From positions 1 to 45,649 of the forward strand of contig ADNK01002747.1 of assembly GCA_000320545.1 (NCBI GenBank): a stretch of DNA of 45,649 nt, read 5' to 3'. The stretch comes from Bigelowiella natans CCMP2755. Taxonomy: Eukaryota > Protista > Cercozoa. Positions 1-13,801 of this stretch are shown here, piece after piece. The position numbers and the translations under genes are program-made. The notes under the pieces are model-generated. The model worked only from the letters and a program-made list of their open reading frames with translations, was not told the DNA's origin and ran no database searches. The stretch's first letter is position 1. Each line of letters opens with the position of its first letter.

Positions 1-428
1 CTATACGCATGATGCTGCTTCTATGTACCTCAGCCTGCTGGCTGATGATCTTCCTCACATCAACGGTTAATCCATACTGGTCCTTTGATTCGAGGGAGAA
101 GTCCCCTTGCGCCTTCAGCTCTGCAACAAGCTTATCCTCCTGTTGCGAGGAGGAGGGGGGGGGGGCAAAAAATGGATGGGACCAATGAGTGCATGTTATC
201 ACTTACGAAGAAGAAGAAGAAGAAGAAGAAGAAGAAGAAGAGGAAAGAATGCCACTGGGGAACATCATATACTAACATTATCTTGCTCTCTTTTCTAGCT
301 ATCATCATCATTATTATCATCATCATCATCATCATCATCGTCATTCATCATCATCATCATCGTCGCCATCATCAACGTCGTCATCATCATCATCATCATC
401 GTCATCTCTTCCTCCCCCATAAAAAAAG

Positions 429-501
<73 letters not shown>

Positions 502-1018
502 GCGTATATTCTCTATTACATCCCAAACACGTTCTTCTCTATCGATCTATTGATCTTATCTATCAAGATGAGCATAGAGTGACATACGTTAGATCTTCTT
601 TTAATGGAGAGGTCCATCAGCTTCTTACGCCTCTCTAGAGCCTGATATCATCAAAGAGAGAGTAAGGCCACCACCTCAATATGCCACGACGACGGCAGTA
701 CAGAAAAAGCAACCGCATTTCCTTCTTGCACCACACCCCACTTTCTATAAAATCTCCACATTCCCCCGTCTCCGTCGTCGCCATCGTGTCATTTATTATT
801 ATTTGCAAGTATAGCCGGTTGAGAGAACGGCGCGAGAGACAGGGTAAGCACGTGGCGGTTTGAGGCGTGGAAGCCCCAAAATGAAGGCACTAACAACGGG
901 TCATCTCTGCCCATCAACGAGCCGACTGCTTGCTGTTTGCCGTTTCGATTCGGTATGAATAGATGTTGTGGTGTTGCACAATCCCCCGCTTTGAGAGAGC
1001 ATCGTCACCACCATCATT

Positions 1019-1053
<35 letters not shown>

Positions 1054-1149
1054 TGAATGCCGTCCCCCTCTCTATCCTCATCACCTGCTTTTCTCGGATC
1101 TCGTCCCATTTACCCATGGACCCCCCAGCCTGTGTTTATAGTGGTGTTG

Positions 1150-1189
<40 letters not shown>

Positions 1190-2651
1190 CAGACCAACAG
1201 TAGCGCTCATATTGCTTCCTATTTCTTCCGTAGCAACCACAGATTCTCTTCTCAACCACCACTGCTACTCCGTGACCAGCAGCAAACAAGCAAGCTCCAG
1301 AGAGAATGCACTACCTGCGACTTCTCCATGACCTCGGTGCGCGCCTGTTCAAGGACGCGGACTGCTGCCAAGTCTCGGTTCCGAACCGCGCGTTCTAATG
1401 CAGCCGTGAAGCTGAAGCACACGGTGTGGGGGAGGGGAGGAGAGAGGCGCGGACATACCATGCGAGTTAGATTCTGCAATGCGTCTATTTGCAGCCGCGC
1501 GCGCGGGGACATCGCCCGTTGGCTTTCCGGGCGTGATTGGTCTTGTTTTCGGTACCAATGCGTGCTATTCCTCAGCCCTCTCTCAATGGACAGTATGCAT
1601 GGGGGTATGCGGGGCGAAGAACAGCAAAAACGCAAGCGCTCGCTCGCACGTTAGTTACCCCTCCTTCTTGGCGTTGTACGGGAGGTCGGCCTTGATGAGC
1701 GATGCATCCAGCTGCACACCTGCGGAGTACTCCGCCATGTTGGAGAACCCCTGAAAGAAGAAGAGAGAAAGGAAGCGCGGTGAACCACTGCGGTGTTGCT
1801 GCTCTAGAATCAGCACGCTGCATGTTGATACGCTCCCATAGCAGATAGCATTTATTCGTTCGTGATTGGGGGGAGGGATGTACGCACTTTTACTGATGGG
1901 CTGCGAAATCGCATCATTGAGGCTGCTGCTGCTGGGGGGGGGACCTGGCATACAGTCAACACACACAAAAGAAATCATAAATCCATATTTATATTGTCCG
2001 TGAGCGCGTGTGAGCTCGTTCTCTGCCTTACCATCCTGGCTGCGGACTGGAAGCGAGCATTAGCACTCACTGCATGCCCAAGATCGATGCCCTTAGAAGG
2101 AATGCAACAATAGTCGTTAGAGAAAGGAAGCTGGAGGAGAGATCTGGCGGTGATGACGACGCTGCTGATGTGGTGGCATTTCCACATGAAATTGTACCAG
2201 CGGACAGCTCTACCATTTAATACGTGTGCGTGCGATTGTCTGTATATGCGCGTTCGTTACAGCCAAACGAAATTCAAAATATGCTTCCCCAAAGCGGGCA
2301 AAGGAAAGAAGGCCCCGACTACTTTCAGACAGAATCTAACAGCAGCAGCAGCAGCACTGGCCTACGGCCTACACTGCGAATAGCTTTAGAGACGAATGCC
2401 CAAATCTTCTACCCATGAAGCTCGGATAGAAATCTAGCTCGAAAACTTTATGCTCAAAAAGGCGTGAGTGAGAGTGTAAGTGTGCATTTGTTTACATTGG
2501 CGCTTCCCCCGTCGAGATGAGACGTGGGATAGGTTACTGAGAAGAGAACCGCTGTGAGGCCGAGAACTGCCGTTGCCACCATGAGGGGGGTGAGGGAGTA
2601 CTTTGCCCAACTTCGACGCTTATTGCTATCTACCAGGCGATACTCCTCCAT
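1..2651 (-). CDS. Multi-exon protein of unknown function with N-terminal hydrophobic anchor/signal; 3' end probably outside the window
   Basis: Exon 1 (2651-~2496) reads MEEYRLVDSNKRRSWAKYSLTPLMVATAVLGLTAVLFSVT... and is followed by GT. Further GT-AG-bounded coding-like pieces lie at ~2085-2032 (GIDLGHAVSANARFQSAARM), 1752-1658 (GFSNMAEYSAGVQLDASL...), ~1397-1314 (ERAVRNRDLAAVRVLEQARTEVMEKSQ), ~641-588 and ~125-29. No family recognised; the exon chain is only partly resolved. Confidence 0.5.
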
Positions 2652-4823
2652 CGTTGAGTTATTGTTTTCCTGGGTGAAATAATGTGGAATAAGTCACTGC
2701 AATACAACTTTCCCCTCCAGATCGTAAATCTAGCTTTCGTTTCCACCGAAAATGTGCATTGCAGTACGTTTCAGCCCACCCCAGGCCTCCCCCCGCCCTC
2801 CCTTCACCCCCCCCCGCCCCGCCCCCGGCCTGCCTTGTTCGATCAGGTTAATTCACTTACTGTATTGCTTCTCGGGTTGGAAGCTCAGAAGTGAATGCGC
2901 GGGTACAGAAAGAAAGCCTCGGCCGAGAACTAAGATATCGGGGATTTAAATCTGCGACAACAGATTACACATGTCGCTGATTCAAATGTTGGCCAAATAC
3001 GAAAATAATGTCCGAATTTCTGCCACGTGGATGGGCTGGCACGAACGGAAGTTGGGCACTCATTATAAGCTTAATAAAAAATAACGAACTAAGCAGCTCT
3101 TCGGGAGGAAATGGCCTGCGTTTTCCGCGAGATTCAGCTTGAATCGAAAAGGTGCCGGCCTTGTCTTTGGAGGTCTTCAATCACGCATTCACGGCCACTT
3201 GGCTTCTGCGACATGGTCGAAAATTGGAAATCGTGATAGAAACTGGATGAAAATGCACAGGATTCGGAGATTGCGACTACACAATTTCCTTGTCTTCGCT
3301 AATCAATATTCAGGAAGAAGGACACGTGGCAACCATCATTCGATTCGGCACAATGGCTCAATCTGCCCCTTCATCGCTACCATGGTTTACCGAGCTCACC
3401 GACCTTGTCAACGAAAACATGGGTTGCATCTTTACATAAAAGAATACGTCTTTTTGCTGCTAACGTCGTCTAAACATTCTCTCATTCATCCGGAAAAAAT
3501 CCTCCCCGAACGCATCATACTCAAATCATCAGTTGGTGCGTGTACTGCTAGGCTCTAAGGTCGTTTTCGCTACTGACGAATGGTTCGCTGCGGCTGAAAA
3601 CCTAATCAAGAACACCGAGCCCATCTTCATCACCGATAAATTCACGACATATGGGAAGTGGATGGATGGGTAGCGCAATGGATAAAACCAACGAATGCCA
3701 TTGTAGCAAGCTGCTAACTTTTTTTTTAAATGAAAAATTTTGCCAATTATCAGTTGGGAGTCACGACGTAAGCGCACTGCAGGACACGATTGGTGTATAA
3801 TCGAGCTAGGACTTCCGGGTAGAGACCGATCTTTCGTAAAATCCACGCATGCGTAGTGCGATGAGGAGAGGGAGAGAGAGAGAAAGAGAAACAGAGAGAG
3901 AATGAGTGAGAATCGCATCAATATTATTATCATCACCATTATTATCACCCGCAAGATACAAACGCCGAAAAAGTGCACGTCTGAGTACAGACTATATTCT
4001 CACCGCGGTTCATCCAAAAAATAGGGGAGATTCTTGGCGTGAAGGTTGACACCCTCTTCTTCACAGGGAATCAGGTATTGCTATTTAACTCATACCCCCC
4101 TGTATGTTACAGTGCCAGGAGCACTAAAATTTCATGCAAAGATACGATGAGAAGATGATATGGAGAAAGCGAAGCAACACCGAAACCCTAGTCGATAGAT
4201 TAGAGCTCGATGCGGACGGCTACTTCACCGTTGTCGTATGCATCAGTCGGCACGCATTAAGCGATGATGTGAGCGCACGTTATTCACGCTGCGCTTTCTT
4301 TTTTATCCTGTGTTTCGGCTGATATGCATCTGATACACGAAAAGGCTCCGAGATTCTCTCTTCAGGTTGTGTGTAATGCCTCTACTGCGGCAAAGAGAAT
4401 TACGATGATTGATATCAAATGATGATGATGATAATGACGACGATGATGATGACGATGGTGATGGTAGCGATAGGCGTTTGATCTCATTCAGATGGTATAC
4501 GGCGGTATTTGACAAGTCTCGTGTCGTTCCTTTTCTCTTTGGATTCCTATCAATAAGCAGCACCATATTCTGCCATTTTTTCATTCGAATAACACTCGCA
4601 CTCTTGGCACAAACACGCCATCAGGCCTGTGAGATGCCCCAGTCTAAAGCAGGAATCGTGGAAAGGCTGAAACAAGAGCGCAGGGGTAAAGTCAACGACG
4701 ATGCAATTACCCTCTTACAAAGAAGACATCGTATCTCTCTACTGTATTAATTGCTATGCTGACAAAAACTACAGTGTGCATCTATACATATATGTAGATA
4801 TATGTAAATATATTTAAATATAC

Positions 4824-4865
<42 letters not shown>

Positions 4866-5145
4866 TATATATCGTGTACTAATGTCAAGTATTCACTGTT
4901 TTCCTGCGACTTTGTCTTCTTCTCGAAGGCTACGGCATTGGAACATGTGCTAGCAAGAACACTCTCAGCACCGCTGAGCAGTTAGGGGTGAGGATGTGTG
5001 TTGAAGCACGATGAGGAGAGAGTATATCTCTCATAATTCTCTCTCGCTGTCTAAGTCAGTGTAACGCTAAGTAAGATGTTGGTGTGAGTTGTGCAATATA
5101 GATATGTATATATATATATATATATAGAGGCAATAGACGAACATC

Positions 5146-5187
<42 letters not shown>

Positions 5188-5466
5188 AGAGGAGATCGGG
5201 GTCAGAACGCTCTTTTAATGCTTGTTTCCACCCACTTCCCCCCCCCAACCCTCAGAGCGATAAGTGGACAACTTTGGTGGAGTTTACCCCGCTCCGACCG
5301 GGGTATGAGGGCAAGAGTGTGCACTTCTTCCAGGTGGCTAAGAGAGGGAGGGGGAGGGGGGGATCTATGTGCGTGTAGCCGTAAAAGCAAACAATTACAC
5401 AAATAAAACACACACACACACACACACACGCATACGTAAATGTAACAAAAAACAATATTCATATTA

Positions 5467-5509
<43 letters not shown>

Positions 5510-5767
5510 TAACGATGTACATGTATGTATACGTGCGGTATTGGGTGCGCGTGCATGCATGCATGAAGATGATGATAAGTTTGAATTGAGTCTTGCATCG
5601 TTGCGGCTCTCCTACCCCTGTCAGATTCCTGATTTATTCCTCAATAAGAAATGGACTCATGTGCGCGTGAATTCGTAAGCTAAACACGCCAACGACAACG
5701 ACCAAAAAAGAAGAAGAAGAAGAACAACAACAACAACAACAGAAGAATGCGGCTGCGAGGAGAGAGA

Positions 5768-5811
<44 letters not shown>

Positions 5812-5865
5812 TAGTAGTAGATGAAAGATACAAATTAATGAAATAACTCGATTTTATTGCTATAG

Positions 5866-5902
<37 letters not shown>

Positions 5903-6289
5903 CATGCTATAAAATATTCATTTGAGTTACTCGACTTGCCATCAAGCGCCCCCACCACAACATCGGTCTACACTCTTGTAGTATACAGTAGTATCATTCA
6001 CCATCAGCTTTCCTGATGGAGGGATTGCTCGCATGCGTCTGTTTGGCACTGTGAAGAAGGACATCTCTCGTCGGGCAAAGGTAGCGATAGGGAAAGCGAT
6101 GAAACAATAGACGAATGACGTGATATGTACAATGATCATGAGGAGGGGCCTTGGGGTGTTGGGGAGAGAGCAGATAGCGAATGTTCATTGTTTTTGGTAG
6201 GTGTACTGAAGTAGTAATCTTTTATGTGCATCGATCTTCTTCTTAAGTGCTGTGCTCTCTCTTTCTCTATTTCTCCTCCCTCTCTTCCT

Positions 6290-6327
<38 letters not shown>

Positions 6328-6406
6328 CTCTTTCTCTCAGAGAGAGAGAGAGAGAGAGAAACAGACACACAAACACAGACACACATGAACACATACATAG
6401 ACATTA

Positions 6407-6446
<40 letters not shown>

Positions 6447-7252
6447 TGTAATACATATTTCTGCTGCAAAGGGATGGGAAACGGCACGCAAGCCAAATCG
6501 CCCTGCCGTGCTAACGAAGGGCTCTAATGGGCTGATTGACTTCAAGAACGCCAGCGACTTCTGTGTACTCAAGCTTTGCTGCGGTACAACTAGATTAGCG
6601 TGTTAGTGGGAAATCTCCACCCCCCCCCCCTTCCAAGATCTGACCTATCAAAAGCAATTTGTTCTCACGACAATAAAAAATTAAGATTCGTTTGCGTTTG
6701 CTGTGTGAGAGGGGGGGTGTGACACTGCATTGACAGTGAGAGCGGATTGGTGATTTGATGATTATTAACTTCATGTTGTGTTACATGGAACGATGACGAC
6801 GCAATAGCCGGGAACATCGGAGAGATTGAAATCGATACAAACCACTTCAAGGTGAGGGGACAAGCCCATCCGCAAGTGCCGCGCGCACACGCACGCGCAT
6901 CTGCGCGCACACAGTTTAACCAAAAATGTCAGAGTAGAACGATGCTCTAAAGCCACGATGTTTACCGCAGGGAAACTTTCCAGAAAGCTGCATTGTAGAG
7001 GGGTGCTACCTCAAAGAGAAAATGACCTATCAGCAGGTTGGACATATACACGCATGCAAACAAAGAGAGATAATGAAAATAGGAAAGGGGGGGGGGGGGC
7101 ACTGCGATAGAGTGGCATTCATACATGCTTTAACATACAATGTACACACGACGATTCCCTCACGCGTTAATAGAGACGCATTCCATATGCTGTGCTCGTA
7201 TCTTGACGAGAAGGAAGGGGAAGCTAACGAATGCAGTAGACGAGCTGTAAAC

Positions 7253-7291
<39 letters not shown>

Positions 7292-7607
7292 AATGTAATA
7301 TATATTTGTTTTTGTGTATGAATCTGCATTCAACAACATGAATTTGCTCTTAGGAAACAGCACTGTTCTTGGACTCCAAGCGATCTGATTCTTCTGTGCG
7401 TAGTAACCTGCAGCAGCAGCGCTCGCGCTCTCTCTCTCCCTCTCTCTCTCTCTCTCTCGTCTCCCCTCTTTCTTCTCAGCACGTATGAACGTAATTATCT
7501 TATAACGCGCGTCGTTTTCGAGAGTGGAGTTCGCGAACGACGCAAAGCAGCGCACGCACGGCAGTTGTTATCGGATTGTTCGCATCACCACCACCACCAC
7601 GAATATA

Positions 7608-7661
<54 letters not shown>

Positions 7662-7745
7662 ATACTCTTGGCTTTTCTTCAGATGAAATGGGTTCCAGTG
7701 TTAGAAAGGACGAAACTTACACCGCATGCTCAGGTCTCTCTCCCC

Positions 7746-7801
<56 letters not shown>

Positions 7802-8071
7802 TTCTCGCCAGCATGGCTCACTTCTTTTTCATGCCATTCGTGATCATCATCATCTTCTTCATCACCATCATCATCATCATCATCATATTCTCACCTTCGT
7901 CGCTCACCGCTATCATCGTCAATAATGACAAAACACTGCAGGTTCGGTTCTCCGTGAAGAAGGAGCTCGGGCCTATCACCCACGTCAGGTAGTGCCGGCT
8001 GTAGCAGCGGTCACATCAACCTTGACTGTCAAGCACACGAACGATATCACCGATAAACACACACCACCGAC

Positions 8072-8108
<37 letters not shown>

Positions 8109-8680
8109 GCGACTTGTTGAAACAGCGTGCTTCCTTTAGGTATTTTGTTAGTAAAAGCTATAAAGCTACTTTTCTTCTTTTTTTTACCCCTTAAATTTTT
8201 ATTTTCACCCCTTTCCCCCTTCCCCCCCCCTCCCCCTACCTGCGCAGAATCACGATCTATCCGGATGGAGGCGTTAGCAGGTGAGGGGGAAAGAGGGAAG
8301 ATCAGATTGCGAATTAAGAGAGACGGCTGCTGCTGCAATCGACTGAAACGTGGAAGAAGAGAGCGCTTTAGTGCCATCCGCATTTTTTTTTTTTTAACAA
8401 AAAACCATGATACTACTGCTGCTACTGCTGCTGCTGCTTCGGTTGTGTTTTTGAATGTCATTTGTACGGTGCTTGATGTGGGCTAGATTGCGCGTCTTCG
8501 GAGTCCCGGTAACTGCAAAATCGTCTCTGTGAGAAGGATGCAATAGAAACCATCATTAGAAGATCAATAGGGGAAGGAGGAAGGGGGTTGGGGGGGGGGG
8601 AGCTGAGAAGATAGTGGGAAAATGGCGAATGTAGGAGTTTTGGATCAACAAATAACATATAGAATCCATCATTTAATACA

Positions 8681-8721
<41 letters not shown>

Positions 8722-8753
8722 GTAAGTATGAATATACACGTTGTGTGTGTGTG

Positions 8754-8800
<47 letters not shown>
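208..8800. repeat. Dense intronic microsatellites ((TA)n, (CA)n, (GA)n, (CAT)n, (AAG)n, poly-G); same pattern at ~13030-14790 and ~38340-45649
   Basis: Directly visible; many introns in these intervals carry one or more arrays. Confidence 0.95.
3353..8532 (+). CDS. ALLC: Allantoicase (allantoate amidinohydrolase), ~16 exons
   Basis: Spliced exons give [43 protein letters not shown]...[43 protein letters not shown]/.../[45 protein letters not shown]/.../[21 protein letters not shown]...TGA(8530-8532). Both allantoicase repeats (GWE[ST]xR, PDGG[IV]xR) are present. Confidence 0.93.
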
Positions 8801-8803
<3 letters not shown>

Positions 8804-8829
8804 AATACACATGCCTCTTAGTATGCAGG

Positions 8830-9655
8830 CTGCAGTTCCTTGATTGCAGCTCCTTGAAGCGCCCCTCAAGTATTTGAGCACACACGCGCAAATTTTAAAA
8901 ACAGATTTGTTATGTGCATTGAGTTGATGCTAGCAAAGCCAAGTGACCAGTGTTCATTAAATGTGTGTTTTGAGCCAAGCAGATCAATAACAGCTGCCAC
9001 TTGTTGCTGTGCTCATAGCCCTGTGTCCTGACCCTCTCGATATAGACGCTTCTTGCGCCACCGTCATGCATGTCATGCGGCAGCGCTGCGATTCTGGTCT
9101 TGATCGAGGCAATCGATCCATGCCGCATTGCAAAGCTAATAATAATTGCATGTGGTTGCCATTGTTATAGTTTTAGAATTGAATACGTTTGCTCCGAACC
9201 ATATATGACCGAGTCAGATCAAAGCACGTAGGCCATTCATTGTTCATTGTGTGCGTGAGGGGCATGTAGCACTCACGTGCTCTGTTCGCGAAAGCTGCAT
9301 GCACACATCATACTGCACACACGCAGCCACTCTGCCTGCTAACCTGTTATAGACTGTGAGACAACAGTCATGCATTAAAGACGAAACCAGCCATCGTCAA
9401 AAGCAAGTACGACAGGGCCACGCATGCGTTGCACATATCCAATGCTAGCTAGCTAGAATAGTATGGCTGCGATTCGAGGAAGCTGACATGTGTCCATGCC
9501 TTTAAATAGATATGTAGTTGCGGACAGACTGCAGTCAACGCTAGCAGCTTTGCAGCTCCGCGCATGGCAGTGTCATGCCAGCGGTAGCAGGGGTGGGTGC
9601 CCGATGTGTTCAAAGATTGTGCAGACCTTATTTTCAAATGACGAAGAGCCATGGT
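8830..9655. other. Palindrome-rich (TGCA/CATG/CTAG) intergenic block 1, between convergent 3' ends
   Basis: Dense gcatg/tgca/gctagc words, e.g. gctagctagctag at ~9444 and catgcatgtcatgc at ~9066. No credible ORF. It is the weakest of the five blocks, and its edges are approximate. Confidence 0.5.
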
Positions 9656-9660
9656 TCAAG

Positions 9661-11067
9661 CTACGGGGAAAACCATTGATGCTTCAATGCATCCTGAGCT
9701 CTGATTCGTCTCTGAGGTGCGACATTGAGCATGGAAACCATGAGATCCAGCCCCAAAGAGTCTAACACTGTGATCGAGGAGAGCTTGGTAATCATACGCC
9801 GGCTACTGTCAGCAGACATGCAAAACCTTTGCCGTAAGCGGTGGCGAGCCACCGCAGATGAACCATCGACCCGCTGGCTTGTGGCGGCAGCATCAACGTT
9901 CCCCAAGAGTGAGGTCACACGCGCCAGGTTATCATCCTCTGAGGAGGATTTGAAAAGCGGCCGCCTTTGCAGGAGCTCTGCAAACACAACTCCGGCGGCG
10001 AAGACGTCCACCGGAAAGTTGGCGTATCGCCAGGTTGCTTTGCGTCTGGATGGCCGACTGCCCTTTCTGTCCTCCCCCCCCCTGTTTCTACTGGGAAGCG
10101 TCTCCGGCGCTCGGTAGCCTAGGGTCCCGTGCACATTCACCCGAACGCCCTTGAATCCCCGGCCGCCGCTCTGGATTACTCCGCAATCTCCATCGAGGTC
10201 TCTGCCTTTGAGCCGCACCGCAAGGCCGAAGTCGCAGAGCTTGAGAACGCCCTCCTCCTCGTCGCTGAGGAGTAAGTTTGATGGCTTGATGTCCCGATGG
10301 ATCCAGCCTTCCTTGTGTAGCCTGGCAATGCCGCTCAGCAGCTGCTTCATCAGTTTCCTGACATTTCTCAGGAGAAGCGGAGCTGTTTTCGATCGTAGGA
10401 ATGTGCGCAGGTCGGTGTCTAGCTTCTCAAGAACGAGGCCCACCTTTGCCGTGTTAGGAAGGCAGCCCCCTTCGTCGTTGCAGCAGTTGCTCACGACCTC
10501 GACGATCTGAACGATGTTCTGGTGCGTCACCGTCATAAGAATGCCTATCTCCCGCAGCGCGTCGCGGGGAAATCCTTCGTCGGTTTCCACGTTCTTGAAG
10601 ATCTTGACTGCACGTAGAGTTCCGGACTCGATGTCGCGTGCAAGGTGCACAACCCCGTAGGCCCCTTCACCCAGCCTTTTGATGGGGTCATAGGCTTCTA
10701 GTGTCCTACAACATCCAGGCCTCTTTTCCTCTGTACGCCTCTTCGGTGTGTTTCCTTCTGCGTTGCTTGCTTTGCCGTGTGGGGGGATAAGATTCCCTGC
10801 CTGAATTGAAGAGGAGGAATTGGGGGCGCGGGGGCGAGGGCGCTTAGTGTTTTTTTTTCGAGAACTCTCAGCTATGTCTAGAGGTGAGTTGAGTACGTAA
10901 GTCTTCGCCCCAAGGCTGTTCTTCACAGCCTCCGAAGCGCTCAGAGGAAGGCATTTACCTTCGAGGAAATCGCCTCCCTGAGCCGGGGCGAGAGAGGGGG
11001 AATCGTCTCTACGGTTTTCTTTCTTCTCCAAGTAGGCGCTCAAATAGGAGCTCAGCACCGTGGTCAT
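9661..11067 (-). CDS. Cyclin-dependent kinase-like Ser/Thr kinase (CDK10/11-like), single exon
   Basis: GEGAYGVV G-loop, AVK, EGFPRDALRE (PITSLRE-equivalent), HRDIKPSNLL, DFG, YRAPE, DVFAAG, RIRAQDALKHQWF. First in-frame ATG is at 11067. Confidence 0.9.
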   Translation of the reverse strand: MTTVLSSYLSAYLEKKENRRDDSPSLAPAQGGDFLEGKCLPLSASEAVKNSLGAKTYVLNSPLDIAESSRKKNTKRPRPRAPNSSSSIQAGNLIPPHGKASNAEGNTPKRRTEEKRPGCCRTLEAYDPIKRLGEGAYGVVHLARDIESGTLRAVKIFKNVETDEGFPRDALREIGILMTVTHQNIVQIVEVVSNCCNDEGGCLPNTAKVGLVLEKLDTDLRTFLRSKTAPLLLRNVRKLMKQLLSGIARLHKEGWIHRDIKPSNLLLSDEEEGVLKLCDFGLAVRLKGRDLDGDCGVIQSGGRGFKGVRVNVHGTLGYRAPETLPSRNRGGEDRKGSRPSRRKATWRYANFPVDVFAAGVVFAELLQRRPLFKSSSEDDNLARVTSLLGNVDAAATSQRVDGSSAVARHRLRQRFCMSADSSRRMITKLSSITVLDSLGLDLMVSMLNVAPQRRIRAQDALKHQWFSP

Positions 11068-11701
11068 TAGGAAGGCACCAGCTGGATGGATTGTGGGCGT
11101 CCTCCCAACAGCCGGATGGCAGTGCGCCCCCGGAGCGAGAAGTGCGCGGGGCCGTCTCTTCGGCCCGAGGAAGGCGGAGCCGAAGGGCCGAGCACCGAGG
11201 CGCAAAATCGGGGGAAATTCTAGACAAAACACGCGCCGAAATCCCTGTCGCAACGTAGAAATCGCCTCTGAACGACGTCCTACAAAAAGCGGATAGTCAA
11301 TCTCAAGCGGAGCCTGGAATGAACGGGGACAGCCAAAGCGTGGGAGGTTAGGCGATAAATTACCGACAGTTTTGGTAAGATCTCGAACAGCAACTTCTCA
11401 CGGCCTTTTGACTATGAACAAGGGCTTCGGCCCACGAGATTTGTTTTTTTTTATACTTCTTTCTTCTTCGAGGAAGTTTTCCGGATAAAAACGGGCCTGG
11501 ATCCAGACAGGCTTCGCCGAGCGCGAGTACGCTCGTAGAGGTACACACCTGCAGGTCCCTCGGAAGGGATGGAACGCCCTCCACGGCACGCACCCGCGAG
11601 TCTATGAAGAAGCTGGGACTCGCATTCGTTAGCGTGCTCGCCTTGTGGCCGACGGCGATGGTAGCACAAAAGGAAAGAGAAGACGATGCGCCAAAGTCGG
11701 A

Positions 11702-13023
11702 ATGCTTCTGCTTACTCGTCTAACCCCCATAGGTCGCAGCGCTGTCTCTCCAAACCGACACGCCACGCGCCTACAATGTCATGGCGCCCCCCACGGTCGT
11801 TCACTGGAACCTACCACCGCTGAGAACAGGTTGTGCGTGCGAGCGCGGTGACGCCTTTGAAATGAAGCTACGAGTACGAGTTGCGGTTGCCGATGGCCAG
11901 ATGCATGGGCGGTGCGAGATTTCCGTGCATTGACGATGTGTGACTCAGGGGGCGGCAACTTGAAAGTGAAACCGGAGGACTTCCAGGTTTTGGAGATCCC
12001 GCAGGTAAAGCCTTCAGGGAGAGGGGACTTTCTGTACCTGCTGGTGGAGAAGAGGGGGGTCACCACCGATGCGATGCAGGCCGCCATCGCCAAGAGCCTC
12101 AGGCTGAGCCGAGCAAGCGTCAAAGTCGCTGGACGCAAGGACAAGTAGCACAGTGAAATGATAGCGACATGAACAACAACATCAACATCAACAGCAGCAC
12201 ATGCTCGCGGCGCATGAGCGAGCGACACATTAACTCGTGGGCAGACGCCCATTTCCGTGTCGTTCTTACATTCGCCTCGCTATCGATATCGGTTGCTTTG
12301 TGTTATTCAGAGATGCAGTCACACAGCAGTGGGTGAGCGTTCCTGGTCAGTAGCGTCACTCGCCACACCTCTCACCTCCATCTTCACTCATTGGCACTCA
12401 ATTCAGCAAGAAAGCACGTGTTGCTTGTCCCTTCATGCACATTACACACACTCGCTTTGCCCTATATCTCAGCGATACGGCGCGGAACCATGACGCCAAT
12501 CAGTGCGGAAAGACTACAAGATCCTTCCTACCAGGCTGCATTGAACCGGATTGTGAGCGTTGGTGATGATAGCCGTGGCAATGAAGAAGCTCGAGCGGTC
12601 ATCAAGGTTGTGGAGGTTGCCAGGCATCACCGACCTTTGGCACTTGGGTATACACGCGCAGTAGATTAGCGAATTCTACGATTTCCCCCCCCCTCGATTC
12701 AAGTTTCAATTGCGCTCAAATGCTATTCTTTGATGTCGCGGCCGTTATTGCGAGGAAGTAACGAAGATGCACATCTCGAAACCGACCGCCCGCTTTTTGT
12801 ACTGTAGTCCTTCATGCTCTCCTCGTCCTCACCCCTCCCTCCCCCCTCCTTCCTCTAGGGATTTGAGAGGCAATCGATTTCGCATCCGTCTTCGAGGTGT
12901 TCCCCCGGTGAGGAGGAGAAGAGAGGAAAATGAGAGCTCCGCTATGCGTACATTTATGAACGACTAGTAAAAATACATATTTTCGTAAGGCTCATGCGTG
13001 AAAAAGCCGAGTAGTGATGGATA

Positions 13024-13067
<44 letters not shown>

Positions 13068-13500
13068 TACTTATTATTCGATACCGTTATTTCGCGCGCA
13101 TTTTCGAGAATTCCTGAATTGGAGAATGAGTACACCATCGTGACGAGAGATAGATCCACCGGTACTACTAGCCGATGCAATTTCGAACCATCGCTGTTTG
13201 CGTTGCATGGAGGGAAAGGCCGCTGGGCTGACGTGCCAGAGAGTGCGTTGTCAAAACACCGCACACTTGAGTTTTGTGTGCGGGTGATGAGGTTTGATTC
13301 ATCTAAGAGCGCGATGGACATGCTCGCAGGCAACAATGGAGGCCCTTCCGTCACGCTTTGAAGTGCTCACGAGCTCGGGCTTTGCCAATACGTTCGGTCC
13401 GCAGGTGTGGTGGCTGTGTAAACTGAGGAGAAGGAGGAGAGGGGGGGGGGGGGGGGGGTGAGCTAGGGGAATAACACACACACACACACACACACACATA

Positions 13501-13547
<47 letters not shown>

Positions 13548-13761
13548 AATACGTGCATCTGAACAGAGATTTAGCGCGGGCAAGAGTATACGCCTCGGCC
13601 TGAGCGTGTTGGAGGAGCGCCGACGGAGCCGGCTGCAGGAGGGGGGGATTGAACGCGCCGTGAACAAAAAAATGAGTCCGAATGAGAGGTTAGGCGTCTC
13701 CGCACTACAATCCTCAATTTTCAATTGCTGGCTACAAGACCGCGCAAGGTGCGTGCTCACC

Positions 13762-13801
<40 letters not shown>

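Noticed and set aside
85-582. ORFs with poly-K/I/H, YIYI, THTH and RERE runs (here and throughout)
   Set aside because: These are translations of intronic microsatellites.
11068-11253. Extended N-terminus of the kinase in the ORF track
   Set aside because: It begins at TTG; the first ATG is at 11067.
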